A program made the position numbers and the translations under genes. Below are positions 61,280 through 64,000 of a stretch of 64,000 nucleotides of DNA, piece by piece. Positions within the stretch are counted from its first letter, which is position 1, and every line of letters starts with the position of its first letter. The DNA is from Alphaproteobacteria bacterium (GTDB lineage: Bacteria; Pseudomonadota; Alphaproteobacteria; UBA828): contig CBDCQT010000010.1 in assembly GCA_965220745.1 (NCBI GenBank), positions 576,001 through 640,000 on the forward strand, read 5' to 3'. Below the pieces are notes generated by a model. That model did not search any database. It was not told the DNA's origin and saw only the letters and a list, made by a program, of their open reading frames with translations.

Positions 61280-61739
61280 AGCCGACAAGGAAAAGATTAA
61301 TCGGCCATCTTCGCCGCGATGGGAGTTAGACGTTGTTGGATACAGCGGCAAGCAGAACAAAGTTCTGGTGGTGGAGTGCAAGAGTTATCTGGATTCACGC
61401 GGGGTCACCTATAGGGCAGTTTGCGATAATGACAAGAAAAGAGCAAACCGATACAAGCTGTTCATTGACGATACGCTCCGACAAGTCGTACTCAATCGTC
61501 TAAGCTGCCAAATGTTCGAAGGTGGCCTTATTCCTGGAAAGCACCAAATTCAGCTGGTCCTTGCATGTGGGCATATCGCGAGTGAAAACGACAGACAATC
61601 GTTGCATCAGTACTTCCAAAAGCGCGACTGGCTCCTTTGGGACGAAACGTGGCTTCGGAAGCGATTGATCAAAATGTCAGAGGCTGGTTACGAGAATAGC
61701 TCAGTTGCAGTGGTTTCAAAGTTGCTTCTTCGCGAATAG
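61279..61739 (+). pseudogene. 3' fragment of an IS-interrupted PD-(D/E)XK nuclease-like gene
   Basis: RWELDVVGY.....LVVECKSY motif; AT-rich; in frame with the 58913 fragment. Confidence 0.82.
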
Positions 61740-61887
61740 AAGCTATTCGCTTAAGTATTGGCCCAGCTAACTGTCATGCTATAGAGTGGCTTGGGAGCAT
61801 AGGCATATCGTGCGCCAACTAGTATGTGTGTCACAGCCGGCGTGTAGAGCGAGCCGGCGGTTGAGCGATGTCACGGGAGGCAGAGCG

Positions 61888-62427
61888 ATGAGCGACGACA
61901 TCATCTCGGTGGACGAGTTCGAGAAGACGCGGGTCGCGCGCTTCAACGAGCTCCACGGCAGCACGCTGCCCATGCTGGACGCGGTGATCCCCGGCTGCGA
62001 GCGCGAAATCTTCCACATCATCGGCCGCGGCGTCGGCGAGGACGCGACGCAGAAGGCCGCGATCACCGACAACCGCGACTTCAACGTTGCCGTGGTGCGC
62101 TGCGAGGCCGGCAAGGGCACGCTGCACCATGACCACGAGACCAACGAGGTCTTCATGCCGCTCAAGGGCCGCTGGAAAATCTTCTGGGGCGACGACGAGG
62201 ACACCCGCTGCGTCTTCCTCGACCCGTGGGACGTGGCCTCCTGCCCGCCCCACGTGATGCGGGGCTTCCGCAATGTGAGCGACGAGGAAGGCCTGCTCTT
62301 CGTCATCGTCGGCGCCACCGACCCCGGCCGCGTGACCTGGCGAGATGACGTGCTTGAGGAGGCCGAGCGCCGCGGCCACAAGCTGACCGAGAACGGCATC
62401 GAGCGGGTGCCGGCGGCAGCCGAGTAG
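61888..62427 (+). CDS. Cupin domain protein
   Basis: HHDHETNEVF....G.W, PP..MRGFRN; GGAGG RBS. Confidence 0.85.
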   Translation: MSDDIISVDEFEKTRVARFNELHGSTLPMLDAVIPGCEREIFHIIGRGVGEDATQKAAITDNRDFNVAVVRCEAGKGTLHHDHETNEVFMPLKGRWKIFWGDDEDTRCVFLDPWDVASCPPHVMRGFRNVSDEEGLLFVIVGATDPGRVTWRDDVLEEAERRGHKLTENGIERVPAAAE

Positions 62428-62508
62428 CCGCGCAAGAGCGCCTTTTTTCGCTCACGGCAGCCGGCGATTCTGCGATTCCGCGCGCCTGCCGGCGCGACCG
62501 GCGCCCTC

Positions 62509-63951
62509 TTACGAAACCAGAGCAGGCCAGCGGTCGCGCCAGGGACGGGCGGCCTCGAAGGCCGCCGCCGCGCGCAGCACCATCGGGTCGTCGAGGTGGC
62601 GGCCCACGATCTGCAACCCCACTGGCAGTCCGTCCGCCGTCCAGCCGGCGGGCACGCTGGCGGCGGGCTGACCGGTCATGTTGAGCGGGAAGGTGAAGGC
62701 GAGCCAGGCGAACGGCGGCACCAGGCGCCCCTCGATGATCTCCGGCCCTTGCATGTAGAGCCCGAAGGGCGGGCACGCCAGCGTCGGCGTCAGCAGGACG
62801 TCGTAGTTTCGCATGAAGCGCCACATCTTGTTGACCAGCGCCTTGCGCCCGATCACGGCGTTGGTCAGGTCCTCGGCGGTCCAGGGCCGGGTAATGAAGT
62901 CGACCAGATGCGGCGTCATGTTCGCGCCGTGCTCGGCCACGAGGCGGCGCATCCCGGCAAGATCGGTCTCCGCCGCCACGAGGCCCCAGAAGGCGAAATA
63001 AGGGTCGTCCCAGCCGGGGTCGGCCTCCTCCACGGTGCAGCCGAGCTCGCTCTCGAACACCTTGACCGCATCGCCCACGATCTGGCGCACCTCGGGATCG
63101 ACGGCGGCGTAGCCCCAGTCGGCGCTGTAGGCCACGCGGCAGCCCTTGAGATCGCCGCCCACGTCCGTCCAGTCGAAGTCGGCAGCGGGAAGCGAGTGGC
63201 GGTCGCGATCGTCCGGCCCGGCCATGACCGAGAGCATGAGCGCCGAGTCCGCCACCGTCCGCGACAAGGGGCCGATGTGCTCAACCCCCTCCCAGCTGGA
63301 GACGCCGGGATAACGCTCGTCCCGGCATCCGGGATAGAGCGGCACCCGCCCCATCGAAGCCTTGACCCCCACCAGCCCGGAGAAGGAGGCCGGAATGCGC
63401 ACCGAGCCGCCACCGTCGCTGCCGACCGCGAGCGGCCCCATGCCCGCTGCCACCGCCGCGCCGGAGCCCGCGCTGGAGCCGCCGGGCGCGCGCTCCAGGT
63501 TCCACGGGTTGCGCGTCGCCTCGAACACGGCGTTGTGGCTCGCGCCGCTGTAGCCGAACTCCGGTACGTTGGTCTTGCCCAGGATGACCGCGCCGGCATC
63601 CCGCAGGCGTTCGACCACCACGTCGTCCTCCTCGGCCACAAAATCCTTGTAGGCGATGGAGCCGGAGACGGTGGGCAAGTCCTTGGTACAGACGAGGTCC
63701 TTGATGCCGACCGGCACGCCCGCGAGCGGTCCCGGGTCCTCGCCCGCCGCGATCTTGGCATCCACCTGGCGCGCGGCTTCACGAGCATAGTCCGGCGCGG
63801 GCGTGCAGAAGGCGTGAACGTGGGGCTCCACCCGCTCCATGTGGGCGGTCACCGCGTCGGCAACCTCGATCGCGGATAACTCCTTGGCCCGCACCCGCGC
63901 AGCCAGGGTCACGGCGTCCATCCGGCAGATTTCGTTGGCTTTCGTTGTCAT
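62509..63951 (-). CDS. Amidase signature family protein
   Basis: IKDL, GKTN.PEFG, GGSSAGS, GSDGGGSVRIPAS. Confidence 0.93.
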   Translation of the reverse strand: MTTKANEICRMDAVTLAARVRAKELSAIEVADAVTAHMERVEPHVHAFCTPAPDYAREAARQVDAKIAAGEDPGPLAGVPVGIKDLVCTKDLPTVSGSIAYKDFVAEEDDVVVERLRDAGAVILGKTNVPEFGYSGASHNAVFEATRNPWNLERAPGGSSAGSGAAVAAGMGPLAVGSDGGGSVRIPASFSGLVGVKASMGRVPLYPGCRDERYPGVSSWEGVEHIGPLSRTVADSALMLSVMAGPDDRDRHSLPAADFDWTDVGGDLKGCRVAYSADWGYAAVDPEVRQIVGDAVKVFESELGCTVEEADPGWDDPYFAFWGLVAAETDLAGMRRLVAEHGANMTPHLVDFITRPWTAEDLTNAVIGRKALVNKMWRFMRNYDVLLTPTLACPPFGLYMQGPEIIEGRLVPPFAWLAFTFPLNMTGQPAASVPAGWTADGLPVGLQIVGRHLDDPMVLRAAAAFEAARPWRDRWPALVS

Positions 63952-64000
63952 GTGACCTCCTTCAGCCCGCCTTGGGTGCGAGCGGCCATGCGATCTCCCG

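Overview
Chromosomal window from a very GC-rich Alphaproteobacterium (inferred from gcrA, der-bamB-yfgM, acpS-lepB-rnc-era, plsY-dprA-topA-rnr, argD-argF; probably Rhodospirillales-like). Housekeeping blocks alternate with metabolic genes: a tungsten aldehyde oxidoreductase operon, a CueR/CopA/cytochrome c/SodC copper locus, mtnK-ridA-aminotransferase, PxpB/PxpC-like and divergent LeuC/LeuD-like pairs, dihydropyrimidinase and an amidase. Accessory elements are a 272-bp MITE-like element, two toxin-antitoxin modules, and tandem IS701+IS5 elements that split a PD-(D/E)XK nuclease gene, which can be rebuilt in frame. Best candidates for undescribed systems: (i) an NCS2 permease fused to a degenerate RsbW-like HATPase domain; (ii) a chimeric RHH/Mrr_N/antitoxin-tail protein coupled to a VapC toxin; (iii) an aconitase-family pair with altered active-site motifs; (iv) tandem NrdR-like boxes over the gcrA promoter. 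No rRNA, tRNA or CRISPR array was seen. All family assignments come from motif recognition by eye, not database searches.
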